In this document: positions 1-7,786 of the stretch, in pieces
How the letters are laid out: each line of letters starts with the position of its first letter
Position numbering within the stretch: position 1 is the first letter of the stretch
Source of the DNA: a virus
Taxonomy: Duplodnaviria > Caudoviricetes
IMG/VR virus record: IMGVR_UViG_3300027863_000007
Span: 1 to 43,060 of that record
Reading direction: 5' to 3' (one strand)
Length of the DNA: 43,060 nucleotides
The notes under the pieces: model-generated
Told to the model about the DNA's origin: nothing
What the model saw: the letters and a program-made list of their open reading frames with translations, nothing else
Database searches by the model: none
Program-made: the position numbers and the translations under genes

Positions 1-51
1 CGGCGGCCGCCAGGCCGGGCTCTAGGGTGGCCCGCAGGCTGGCCCCCAAAC
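1..51 (+). repeat. Terminal direct repeat, left copy (assembly circularisation overlap)
   Basis: cggcggccgcc...gcccccaaac at 1-51 is identical to 43010-43060. Confidence 0.95.
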
Positions 52-478
52 TGTCCGTCAGGCTGCCCCGCAGGCTAGCCGCCACGGCGGCCGCCAGGCT
101 GGTCTCTAGGGTGGCCCATAGGCCAGCCCCCAGGGTGGTCCCCAGGCTGTGCCATAGGCTGTCCGTCAGGCTGGCCCCCAGGGCGGCCCCCAGGCTGTCC
201 GCCAGGGCGGCCCCCAGGTTGTTCCCCAGAGTGTCCCCCACGTCATCTCCCAGGCTGCCCTGGAGGGCCGCGATCAGGAGCGACGCCGTGAGCGGGCTCG
301 CGACCCACACGACGGGCACCGGGTCCCGGCCCAGGCGGCGGTAGACCGCCGCCAAGGCGGCCTCCGCGCGGGGCCGGTCGGCCGGGGCGGTGGCGAGGCC
401 GGCCGCGAGATACCGCTGGTGATACGCCTGCAGCTGCGCTTGTTCGGTTGCCGTCAGCGGCGCCGTCCGCCGCGCCAT
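1..478 (-). CDS. DUF6745-like protein, N-terminal part (continues across the join to 42246; about 413 aa in total)
   Basis: ATG at 478 overlaps the upstream stop (TGATG); reads MARRTAPLT...TAPADRPRAEAALAAVYRRLG...VVWVASP, then SLxx repeats; in frame with 42246-43058 once the 51-nt overlap is removed. Confidence 0.8.
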   Translation of the reverse strand, partial: MARRTAPLTATEQAQLQAYHQRYLAAGLATAPADRPRAEAALAAVYRRLGRDPVPVVWVASPLTASLLIAALQGSLGDDVGDTLGNNLGAALADSLGAALGASLTDSLWHSLGTTLGAGLWATLETSLAAAVAASLRGSLTDSLGASLRATLEPGLAAA

Positions 479-777
479 CAGTCGATCACCCGCCGCGCCG
501 CCTGCTCGTACGGGTCGTACTCACGCTGGTACGTTACCCAGTACAGCCCCGCCGGGAGCGGGATGACCCCATGCTCTTCGTGCGTAATCGCGGTCGCGGT
601 CGTGGCCCGGATATACACCGTGCCGTCGGGGCCCTCATAGAGCAGATCATCATCCAGCAGCGCGTGGGAATGGCCGGTGGCTTCCCCCCACGCCACCACC
701 CGGCCGGCCTTCGGGGTCAGGGTCGCCGGTTCCTCGGTCCCCCGCTCGATCAGGACATCCCCGTGTCGGTACTGCAT
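478..777 (-). CDS. Small His-rich protein typically paired with DUF6745 genes (99 aa)
   Basis: RBS plus ATG at 777; motifs YRHGDV, GEATGHSH, HEEH, LPxGxY, QREY. Confidence 0.8.
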   Translation of the reverse strand: MQYRHGDVLIERGTEEPATLTPKAGRVVAWGEATGHSHALLDDDLLYEGPDGTVYIRATTATAITHEEHGVIPLPAGLYWVTYQREYDPYEQAARRVID

Positions 778-781
778 GTCG

Positions 782-1258
782 TCACTCCCTCTCTTGTTGG
801 TCCAACCACGCCTCCAGCATCGGGCTCGCATCCTCGTCGAGCCACGCTTCCAGCTCCTGCTGGAACGCCACGAGGCGGGCGCCGTCGAAGGCGCCACTGT
901 ACAAAGCGTCGGTGATCAGGCCCGTCGCCGTGGCCTCCCGCTCCCGCAGGCGACGGACTTCACCCAGGAGCGCGTCGCGCTCGCGCAGGACCGCCTCCAC
1001 CCCGTCGTTGTCGTAATGCCGCGCGCAGGGCCCCCCGCAGATGCAGCGGCGCAGGCGACTCTCCAAAAAGCTAACTTGGTTCATCCCGGTCCCCTCCCTG
1101 CGCTCCACCAGGCGGCGGCTGACCCACACGCCCCACGGGTGGACCGGCAGCCCCACCGCCTGCGCCACCTGCACTTCCAGCCGCGCGCCCCGCGACGCCG
1201 TCCAGCCGTCCCGGAGCGCCACGCCATCGCACGTCCGCCGCGCCCGATCCCGCCTCAT
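782..1258 (-). CDS. Hypothetical protein (alternative internal start at 1084)
   Basis: ATGA coupling and GGAGG at 1258; high GC3; second RBS plus ATG at 1084 in frame; CxCxxxC and coiled coil. Confidence 0.6.
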   Translation of the reverse strand: MRRDRARRTCDGVALRDGWTASRGARLEVQVAQAVGLPVHPWGVWVSRRLVERREGTGMNQVSFLESRLRRCICGGPCARHYDNDGVEAVLRERDALLGEVRRLREREATATGLITDALYSGAFDGARLVAFQQELEAWLDEDASPMLEAWLDQQERE

Positions 1259-1563
1259 CGTCCGCCTCCCTCCGCCCGCGCCACGCGGCGGGCCCACGCG
1301 CGGGCGGGCCAGCAGCTCACGATCACCCAGCCGCGCGGCGTTTGGCGTGTCACGAACACCAGCCCGCCCGCCTGAAACCCGAGCCACCGCCGATAGGCGC
1401 CCATCGGCACCGCCGCCGCGAACGCCCGATCCGGGTCCGCATAGCCGCTCCGCCGCGCCCCATCGCGGGTGCGCCACCGCGCCCGCGCGTGCGCCGACCA
1501 CGCGACGCGCCACGGCGCCCACGCCACCGGGCGCCGGCGCTCCGCCGTGGCCCACCGCCCCAC
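1255..1563 (-). CDS. Hypothetical protein, possible RelE/DUF4258-like (BECR) fold
   Basis: SAHARARWRTR near the N-terminus and LVFV...WVIVSCWP at the C-terminus; coupled in operon. Confidence 0.5.
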   Translation of the reverse strand: MGRWATAERRRPVAWAPWRVAWSAHARARWRTRDGARRSGYADPDRAFAAAVPMGAYRRWLGFQAGGLVFVTRQTPRGWVIVSCWPARAWARRVARAEGGGR

Positions 1564-1566
1564 GCC

Positions 1567-2250
1567 TCACGCCTCCCGCCGGGGCGGCGCGAGGGCCCGC
1601 GCGGCCCCGCCGTCGGGACGGTCGGCGGCCCCGCCGCGCCCCGGCACCTCGGCCGCCCGCCGCATCGCCTCCAGCAGGGCGCCGAGCAGCAGCGGGTCCG
1701 CAGGCCCCCCGGCGGCCTCGGCGGGGTCCCCCGGCCGGGCCGGCGCGCGGCCCGCGAGGGCGCCATCCTGCAACGCCGGCGGCAGCCCCGCCGCCCGCGC
1801 CGCCCGCGCGCGGGCGACCTCGTACAGGCGGCCAAACTGGCCGCGCAGCACGTCCGCGTCCCCGGCGCACAACGCCTCCCAGCCGATGGCCCGCACCACG
1901 GCCTGCACCGGCGGCGGCAGGCTCGCCACGGCCTCGCGGGGGGCCATGTAGCCCCAGCGGGCCACGGCCCGCCGCACCAGGCCCCAGGCTTCGTCGCCGG
2001 CCGGGATCGGCGGGTGCGTGAGGCGCGCCGCCGCCTGCCGAATGGCGCCGGGCGTCGGCCACCAGGAGCCCTCCTGGGCCGCCAGGACCGCGCGGACCGC
2101 GTGCTGCACGACCGGGTACGGCAGATCCCCCAGCAGGTCGGTCCACGCGGCGACCACCCGCGACAGTTGCGGCTCGTCGGGGAGGCGCAGGCTCGGCAGC
2201 ACGGTCACGCAATAGGCCAGCACTTTGCGCGTCTCAGCCGGGGTCATCAC
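1567..2250 (-). CDS. Replicative helicase loader/inhibitor, G39P-like
   Basis: MTxxE...W.DLLGDLPY..V..AV...WPTPGAIR...DEAWG.V..AV.RWGY pattern; directly follows the initiator. Confidence 0.8.
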   Translation of the reverse strand: MMTPAETRKVLAYCVTVLPSLRLPDEPQLSRVVAAWTDLLGDLPYPVVQHAVRAVLAAQEGSWWPTPGAIRQAAARLTHPPIPAGDEAWGLVRRAVARWGYMAPREAVASLPPPVQAVVRAIGWEALCAGDADVLRGQFGRLYEVARARAARAAGLPPALQDGALAGRAPARPGDPAEAAGGPADPLLLGALLEAMRRAAEVPGRGGAADRPDGGAARALAPPRREA

Positions 2251-3322
2251 GCCCCCCCTCCTGGCGGGTCAGCCCCGCCAACAACGCGTCCACCGCCGCC
2301 GCGCCCGACAGCTCGCCGGGGGGCCGGCCGCGCGGCGGCGCATGCGCCCGCAAGCGCCATTGCGACCACGCGCGGTCCCACAGCGCGACCTCGGGGTAGC
2401 GCGTGGCCCACCAGGGATCCTCGTGGAGCCAGGCCCACCACGCTCGCAGATCCGTCAGCGTCGCGCCGGCCTGCACCCAGCGGCGCACATAGCCGCCGGC
2501 GCGCAGGTGCCAGTCCCGCGGGGGCGCGACCCCCTCCGCGGCCACGGCGACCCGCCATTCGCCGACCAGGCGCCGCAAGTCCGGCGGCAACCGGGGCACC
2601 CGCACGCCGGCCCGAGCACGGCGGGGCACGGGCTCCGCGCGGTCAGCAACCGTTGCCGCCGCCAGCGGCATGGGTCCGTCCCCGCCCGCGGCGCGGGGGG
2701 GACCAGGAGGCGTAGCCTCCTGAGGGGGGTCTCCCGATCGGGCTGGTGTCTGCTGGTCGGTGTCTGGTGCCTGCTGATCGGTGACTGGTGACTGGTGACT
2801 AGTAGCCGGTTCGTGGTCTAAACGTCGCGCGTTCGTCACACCGTCGTGCGTGTGCCGTACCGCCTTCGTCGGACGGTCGTCCAACGGTCGTCGTACGTTC
2901 GTCGCACGAACGTTGGGTTCCTCGTCGGGCGCGGCGGCGACGGCCGTCCCGGTGGGCGGTGTCTCCCGCAGCCGGGGCGCCCGGGCCCGCCGGCTCTGTT
3001 GCGCCGCCAGCGAGCGCTCCCGCGCCTTGTGCCACTCTTGCCGCAGGCGCGGGGAGACGATGCGGCCGTGTTCGACGTGCAGGACCGCATACGGGCCCTC
3101 GATGAGGTCGGCGCGGAGGGCCTGCCACTCGGCGAGGGGCAGGCCCAACGCCCGCGCCAAGCCCCGGTCATCGTCGAGGAGGCCGAACTGGGTCTCGGTC
3201 GCTTCCCGCCACATCAGGCAGAGGAGTTCGATGTGCGCGCCTTTGGCGGCCACGGACTGATAGCGATTGTTCGCATCATCGAGCCAATCGCCCGGATAAA
3301 AGTCAAAGTGGGGATACCGCAC
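2234..3322 (-). CDS. Replication initiator, DUF1376/YdaU-like
   Basis: N-terminus PHFDFYPGDWL...KGAHIELLCLMW; central iteron region; upstream of G39P-like gene. Confidence 0.8.
   Translation of the reverse strand: MRYPHFDFYPGDWLDDANNRYQSVAAKGAHIELLCLMWREATETQFGLLDDDRGLARALGLPLAEWQALRADLIEGPYAVLHVEHGRIVSPRLRQEWHKARERSLAAQQSRRARAPRLRETPPTGTAVAAAPDEEPNVRATNVRRPLDDRPTKAVRHTHDGVTNARRLDHEPATSHQSPVTDQQAPDTDQQTPARSGDPPQEATPPGPPRAAGGDGPMPLAAATVADRAEPVPRRARAGVRVPRLPPDLRRLVGEWRVAVAAEGVAPPRDWHLRAGGYVRRWVQAGATLTDLRAWWAWLHEDPWWATRYPEVALWDRAWSQWRLRAHAPPRGRPPGELSGAAAVDALLAGLTRQEGGRDDPG
2780..2905. repeat. Putative replication origin: 11-bp phased iterons plus GGTGACT x3
   Basis: TCGT cores at 2811, 2833, 2844, 2866, 2877, 2888, 2899 (all multiples of 11 apart); GGTGACT x3 at 2780-2800; inside the initiator gene. 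Confidence 0.65.
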
Positions 3323-3355
3323 GCCCCGTGCCCCCTTGCCCTCTTGTCAACAACC

Positions 3356-3410
3356 GGTCCCCAGTCCCCGTCCCCCTGGGGACCCTGGCGGGCCCGTGGG
3401 TCCGCCCGCC
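3356..3410 (-). terminator. Two GC-rich hairpins at the 3' end of the pentamer array (terminator or processing signal)
   Basis: GGTCCCCAG (3356-3364) pairs with CTGGGGACC (3376-3384); GGCGGGC/GCCCGCC at 3387-3410; only a weak U-tract follows. Confidence 0.4.
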
Positions 3411-3429
3411 GCTCCCCCTGCCGCCCCGT

Positions 3430-3944
3430 GGGCGACGCCAGCACGTCCCAGCGCGCTCCAATGCCATCGCCGTGGCGGGGCCTTGCTATCCCGTCGCCCT
3501 GCCTCGCTCCACATCGCCGTCACAGTGCCTCGCCACCCAAGGCCTTCCCTGCCCAACGCGGTGCCGCTGCACGGCTGCCCAACGCGGTGCCGCTGCACGG
3601 CTTCGCCACCGCTGTCCGATTCGGTCCCGTTGCCAGGCAACGCGTTGCCAATACTCAGCTAGGCCGTCGCCTCCCAGGCCGACGCCATTCCCCGTCAGCA
3701 CGATGCCACCACTCCCCAAGGCTTCGCCCTCGCTCTCCCTTGCCATGGCATATCCCTGCCGGCACCCCCCGGCCTCAGCGATCCCGATGCCACCCCCGGC
3801 GCACCCCTGCCGTCGCGATGCCCACGCCAGCCCGTCCCGCACCCTGGCATGCCTCAGCCGCCGCCACCCGTCGCTAGCCTCCGCGTGGGCGTGCCGGCCC
3901 CCACCCACCCCGACCGGTCGCCCGGCCCCGGCACCCCAATGCCT
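3430..3944 (-). ncRNA. Putative non-coding pentamer-periodic array (candidate guide RNA of the Cas7-like protein)
   Basis: Minus strand parses as NG(S)NN pentamers in blocks opened by GGC(A/G), often spaced 5n+1 nt apart; no ORF with normal codon bias. Confidence 0.65.
3549..3600. repeat. Exact 26-bp tandem duplication inside the array
   Basis: ctgcccaacgcggtgccgctgcacgg x2, equal to one 5x5+1 block. Confidence 0.95.
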
Positions 3945-3954
3945 CCGGACATCC

Positions 3955-4728
3955 TTACGAGCTGTCGGGTAGGCGGTTTTTGCGGGCGGGATCCAGCCCG
4001 AAGCGGTCGACGGCCGCGTTGTACGCTCGGGCCGCCGCGAGGGCCGTGTCAAACAAGCCCAGTTCGACTTGGCGCCCGTGGACGTAAATGGCGGCCCGCC
4101 AGCGGCGGATGGCGGCTCGCCAATACACGCCGCGCCAGCCGCTCTGCGACCGCGGGGCGCCAATGGGCGGGCGGCGGAGGCGCACGGCCGCCACCTGATC
4201 CGGCGTCCACCGATCCTCGGGAAAGTTGAGCGCGGCATAGGCGCCCCGCGCCGCGACCGCCGCGGTGTCGTAGGCATGTGCCGCGTCCTCCGCGGTGCGG
4301 AAGCGACCCAGGAACCGTGGGTGATCCTCGCGTATCCGGGCCCCGTAACAGCGATACTGTGGGCTGTACGACACGCCCTTGTACGGCACTTGGCCCCGGC
4401 GGCGCCGCTGGTTCCACTGATTCTCGCGCACCGTCACCACGCGGAGGTTGGCCCGGCGGTTGTCCAACGGGTTGCCGTTGATGTGGTCGACCTGCAACCC
4501 CGGTGGGGCATCAAGAAGCCACCGGTGGAGGTACATGCGGTGCGTACGTTGGCCCCGCCGATACCCCCTAACGTAATGCACGTCCGCTACCCGGTGCCGG
4601 TGGCAGAACCAGTGGTATGCCTCCCAATCCGGTGGGAGTGGTCCGTCGACCCACGCCACATGCCCGTCCGGTAGGGGAATGGTGACGACCCCCGGTGGGG
4701 GCGTCGGAGCCATCGTGATCGCGATCAT
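3955..4728 (-). CDS. HNH endonuclease with two AP2 domains (257 aa)
   Basis: LHRWLL...VDHINGNPLDNRRANLR...N; AP2 motifs YKGVS...LGRF.TAEDAA.AYD and WRGVYW...LGLFDT..AAARAYN; ATGA-coupled to the upstream gene. Confidence 0.92.
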   Translation of the reverse strand: MIAITMAPTPPPGVVTIPLPDGHVAWVDGPLPPDWEAYHWFCHRHRVADVHYVRGYRRGQRTHRMYLHRWLLDAPPGLQVDHINGNPLDNRRANLRVVTVRENQWNQRRRRGQVPYKGVSYSPQYRCYGARIREDHPRFLGRFRTAEDAAHAYDTAAVAARGAYAALNFPEDRWTPDQVAAVRLRRPPIGAPRSQSGWRGVYWRAAIRRWRAAIYVHGRQVELGLFDTALAAARAYNAAVDRFGLDPARKNRLPDSS

Positions 4729-5450
4729 GCTTCCGGCTCCCATGCCACGACCCGATAGGTTCCAAAGCCAGCGGAACGCCATTGAGCGAGCCCACGCACC
4801 TGGCCGAGATCCAACAACTCCCGGATCAGATCCAGCGTCACGTCCGCTTTCACCCCCTGATCCAACACGCGGACGCGGAAGCGCAGATGGGTCCCCGCCG
4901 GCACGACGTCGCTCGTCGCGAGCGCGATCCGCGGGCCGCGGGCCGTCTCGGCCCGGAGCGGCCGCGTCAGTTCGCCGACAATCGGCTGGTCGAGCGGGAT
5001 TTGCCGGGGCTCCACATACACATAGCGGTTGATCTTCTCGCGCAGGTTTTTCACCGCCACGGCGCCCTTGGCGATGTTGCCCAGTTCCTTGAGGTGCCCG
5101 AGAATTTGGTAATTCCAGAGGAGCGGGCGGCCCTGGTCGTCGACGAAGAAGGTCGTTTTCGGCAGCCGCTCCCGGTCGGGCGCGGCCTCGTCGGGCGCGG
5201 CCTCGTCAGCCGCCGCCGCCGCCTGCCGATCTGCCCGGGCCCGCGCCTTGGCGGCGGGCAGATCGGTATAGGTCGGGTGGACCCGCGGGCCGCCGGTCGG
5301 GTGTCGGGCCGCTTCCTCGGCGGCCACATCCGGCCCGGGGGCCCGCGGGCGAATCCACGTGTCCCAGGTGCTATAATCGGCGGGCGTCGTCCCCAGGGCC
5401 GGCTCGGTGAGCTCGAGCGTGACCCAGGCTGACTGAAATCGCAACGGCAT
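4725..5450 (-). CDS. Stand-alone Cas7/RAMP-superfamily-like protein (241 aa)
   Basis: AAGGAGG plus ATG 5450; first strand VTLELTEPALG; G.PLLWNYQILGHLKE (equivalent to P.IPGSSLKG.LR); VPAGT.LRF; C-terminal G-rich loop GLAQWRSAGFGTY. Confidence 0.75.
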   Translation of the reverse strand: MPLRFQSAWVTLELTEPALGTTPADYSTWDTWIRPRAPGPDVAAEEAARHPTGGPRVHPTYTDLPAAKARARADRQAAAAADEAAPDEAAPDRERLPKTTFFVDDQGRPLLWNYQILGHLKELGNIAKGAVAVKNLREKINRYVYVEPRQIPLDQPIVGELTRPLRAETARGPRIALATSDVVPAGTHLRFRVRVLDQGVKADVTLDLIRELLDLGQVRGLAQWRSAGFGTYRVVAWEPEA

Positions 5451-5612
5451 CCCTCTGCCCTCCTTAGTGGGCTTGCACGACGCGGGGCCACGGATCCCCG
5501 TGGCCCTCGTGGCCACAGACGACACACCGCCACCGGTCCCCCGGCCGCCACACGACGAGCGGATGATCACACGGCGCCGGGATCGCTGGCGGCCGGGGCC
5601 CGCGCCGGCGGC

Positions 5613-5819
5613 TCATGGGGGCGCCGCCCCCTCGCTGCGCACGCGCGCGCGGCAGACGCGCTCCCAGGCGACGGCGGCCTGCACGCGCCAGATCGCCGCC
5701 TCCACCTCATCGGGGGCCACGGCTTCGGCCCACCACGCTTCCGCCGCTTCGCGGGCGGCTTGCGCGCGCTTCAGCGCGGCCCGCCAGTCGGGGGGCACCA
5801 CGATCCGTTGCGCCCTCAT
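5613..5819 (-). CDS. YaaL/DUF2508-like small helical protein
   Basis: ATGA coupling; A..WW..AVAPDEVEAAIWRVQAA pattern. Confidence 0.55.
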   Translation of the reverse strand: MRAQRIVVPPDWRAALKRAQAAREAAEAWWAEAVAPDEVEAAIWRVQAAVAWERVCRARVRSEGAAPP

Positions 5820-6181
5820 CGGGGCACCGCCGGTCCCAGCCACGCGGCCAAAATGTAGGCACACAGGAGCGCGAACAGCAGCCAGACCCCGTAGACGCAG
5901 ACGACCTGGGCCAGAGCCAGCGGATGGGTCAGATGATGCCAGATCGAGCCGGGGCGCACGCGCCGGCCCCGGCGCCAGCGCTGGATGCGGGCGCGCAGGC
6001 TCTCATGGCCCCGCCGCCACCCGACACTGTAGCCGGCGTGGGCGGCCACGGTCCCCCGGCGGGGCGGGTCGACGCGGTCGCGCGCGCCGTCCCGCCGGCC
6101 CCGCCGGTACCAGTAGCGCCAGTCGTCGGGGGGCGTCCGGCGCCCGCGGGCGGCGGCGGCCGCGTCATCAATGTGATCCAT
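5816..6181 (-). CDS. Hypothetical membrane protein
   Basis: GGAGGAGG RBS; Arg-rich N-terminus; C-terminal hydrophobic helix. Confidence 0.65.
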   Translation of the reverse strand: MDHIDDAAAAARGRRTPPDDWRYWYRRGRRDGARDRVDPPRRGTVAAHAGYSVGWRRGHESLRARIQRWRRGRRVRPGSIWHHLTHPLALAQVVCVYGVWLLFALLCAYILAAWLGPAVPR

Positions 6182-6201
6182 GGATCAGGGCCTCCTCCAC
6201 G

Positions 6202-6570
6202 TCAGTCCAATGACTCATGGGCGTCTCCCCCGAGCACCCGGCGGACCTGGGCCACGACCTGGCGCCGGCTGTCCTCGTCCACGCCCGCCGCTGAGAGACC
6301 CGACTCCAACATGCGCTGGAGCAACGCGGCCTCATCCTTCACCGCGGTGTCGCTGTCGGCCACGGCGAGGGCCCGGAGGGCCGCGAGGGCCAGAAGCCCC
6401 ACGGATCCAGCGGGTCCGGCCAGCCACGCCCCCAGCGCCGGCAGATCCGGCGGCGGATCCAACAGGTCGACGGGCGGCCGGAACTCGGCGTCCCCGAACG
6501 CCACGGCCACCACGGAGCAGGCTTGGCGCCACAACAGCGCCCACGCCGCATCGGTCAGCGGCTCACGCAT
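6202..6570 (-). CDS. Hypothetical protein
   Basis: AAGGAGG RBS; normal codon bias; in operon. Confidence 0.6.
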   Translation of the reverse strand: MREPLTDAAWALLWRQACSVVAVAFGDAEFRPPVDLLDPPPDLPALGAWLAGPAGSVGLLALAALRALAVADSDTAVKDEAALLQRMLESGLSAAGVDEDSRRQVVAQVRRVLGGDAHESLD

Positions 6571-6689
6571 CACACAGCCTCCTTCCTCGCCATGCGGCCC
6601 GCCAATCGGGCCGCGACCCACAGGCCCTCACTCCACCCCCGGATCGAGCCGGGCCGCGCGCGCCCGCGGCCCCGCCCGCGCCGGCTCAT
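6570..6689 (-). CDS. Very small basic hypothetical protein (39 aa)
   Basis: ATGA-coupled to recT; stop overlaps the next start. Confidence 0.35.
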   Translation of the reverse strand: MSRRGRGRGRARPGSIRGWSEGLWVAARLAGRMARKEAV

Positions 6690-7786
6690 CCCTCCGCCTC
6701 CTGCGCGGTCGTGGTCAACCCCGTCAGCCGCTGGTGGAGCGTGCGCCGCTCGGCGGGGCTCCACTCCACCGGCGGTCGGCCCCCGACCACGCCGCGGATG
6801 ATCTCGCGGAGCGCGTCGTCCGGGACGCCCGCCGCCCGCGCCGCTTTGCCCGCGGCTTGCACGGCCGCGACGGACGGCACCGCGTCCGCCGCCGGGGCTT
6901 CCGGCGGCGGGGCCGGGGTCTCCGGGGCACCCGAGGGGGCTTCCGGCGCGTCAACCGGGGGCGGAGGTGCGTCAGTCGGTGCGGGCGCGGCCTCCGCCGG
7001 CGGTGCCGCGGTCTCCGGCGCGCTCAAAACGGCCCACGCCTGCAGGACCTCGCGGTCGGCCTCGGCCCCGAACTCCGCGCTATCCGCGACCGCGACGCCC
7101 CACGCCGCGTCGGGCGTGAGGCGCCACCGCTTGGCGTGATGCCGCACCACCGTCTTGAGCGCCATCTCGATGGTGTCGGTCACCCACGGGCCGACATCCT
7201 TCGCGCGGCTCCGGGCCCGGATGCGCTCGACGTCGGCCCACGGGAGGACATCGAAATCCGTGGTCCCATCAGCCAGAACGGCGACCGAATACACCAGCAG
7301 AGGATGGTCGGTGCGCGACGCCGTGTAATCTGGTTCATGCTCCAACACGGGCTGGGTCCCGCGGAGAATGCGGTACCGGTCCCCCGGCCACACGGCGTCG
7401 GCCCACGCCCGGACGAGGTAGCCGCTTCGCCGGCCGAGTTCCCAGAGGCCGCGGTAGCCGATGATGGGTTGGGCTTCGAGGTGTCCCCGCTTGCTGTTCA
7501 TGTAGGGCACGAAATACAAATACCCCTCGGGGCCGGGCAAGAGGCCGGTCCGCGCCGCAAACTCGACGCACGCGAGGAGGCTGTCGGGCGTACACGCCGC
7601 CAGTTGGGGCGTCGTGCGCAGAGACCACAGCGCAACCGCAATCAGCCGGTCGGCATCCAAGACGCGGCCCGCAAGCCGTTGGAGCAACGGCCGCTGGTCC
7701 TGGAGGATGGTCACCAGATCCTTGCCGCCGGTCGGCGGGGCCTGCGTACGGGCTCGCACGACCGCCGCGGCATCACCCTTCGGCAT
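6686..7786 (-). CDS. recT: RecT-family single-strand annealing recombinase
   Basis: P.LAACTPDS......AA.TGL.P...YFVPY...IGYRGL.EL.RRSG...PW......MALKTV; follows the YqaJ gene. Confidence 0.92.
   Translation of the reverse strand: MPKGDAAAVVRARTQAPPTGGKDLVTILQDQRPLLQRLAGRVLDADRLIAVALWSLRTTPQLAACTPDSLLACVEFAARTGLLPGPEGYLYFVPYMNSKRGHLEAQPIIGYRGLWELGRRSGYLVRAWADAVWPGDRYRILRGTQPVLEHEPDYTASRTDHPLLVYSVAVLADGTTDFDVLPWADVERIRARSRAKDVGPWVTDTIEMALKTVVRHHAKRWRLTPDAAWGVAVADSAEFGAEADREVLQAWAVLSAPETAAPPAEAAPAPTDAPPPPVDAPEAPSGAPETPAPPPEAPAADAVPSVAAVQAAGKAARAAGVPDDALREIIRGVVGGRPPVEWSPAERRTLHQRLTGLTTTAQEAEG

Noticed and set aside
3430-3944. Canonical CRISPR array next to the Cas7-like gene
   Set aside because: No constant 23-50 bp repeat with unique spacers here or noticed elsewhere; the structure is pentamer-periodic
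3486-4277. 263-aa minus-strand ORF and other ORFs crossing the pentamer array
   Set aside because: Overlaps the HNH gene out of frame, has no RBS, and gives low-complexity Arg/Gly/Ala sequence without codon bias
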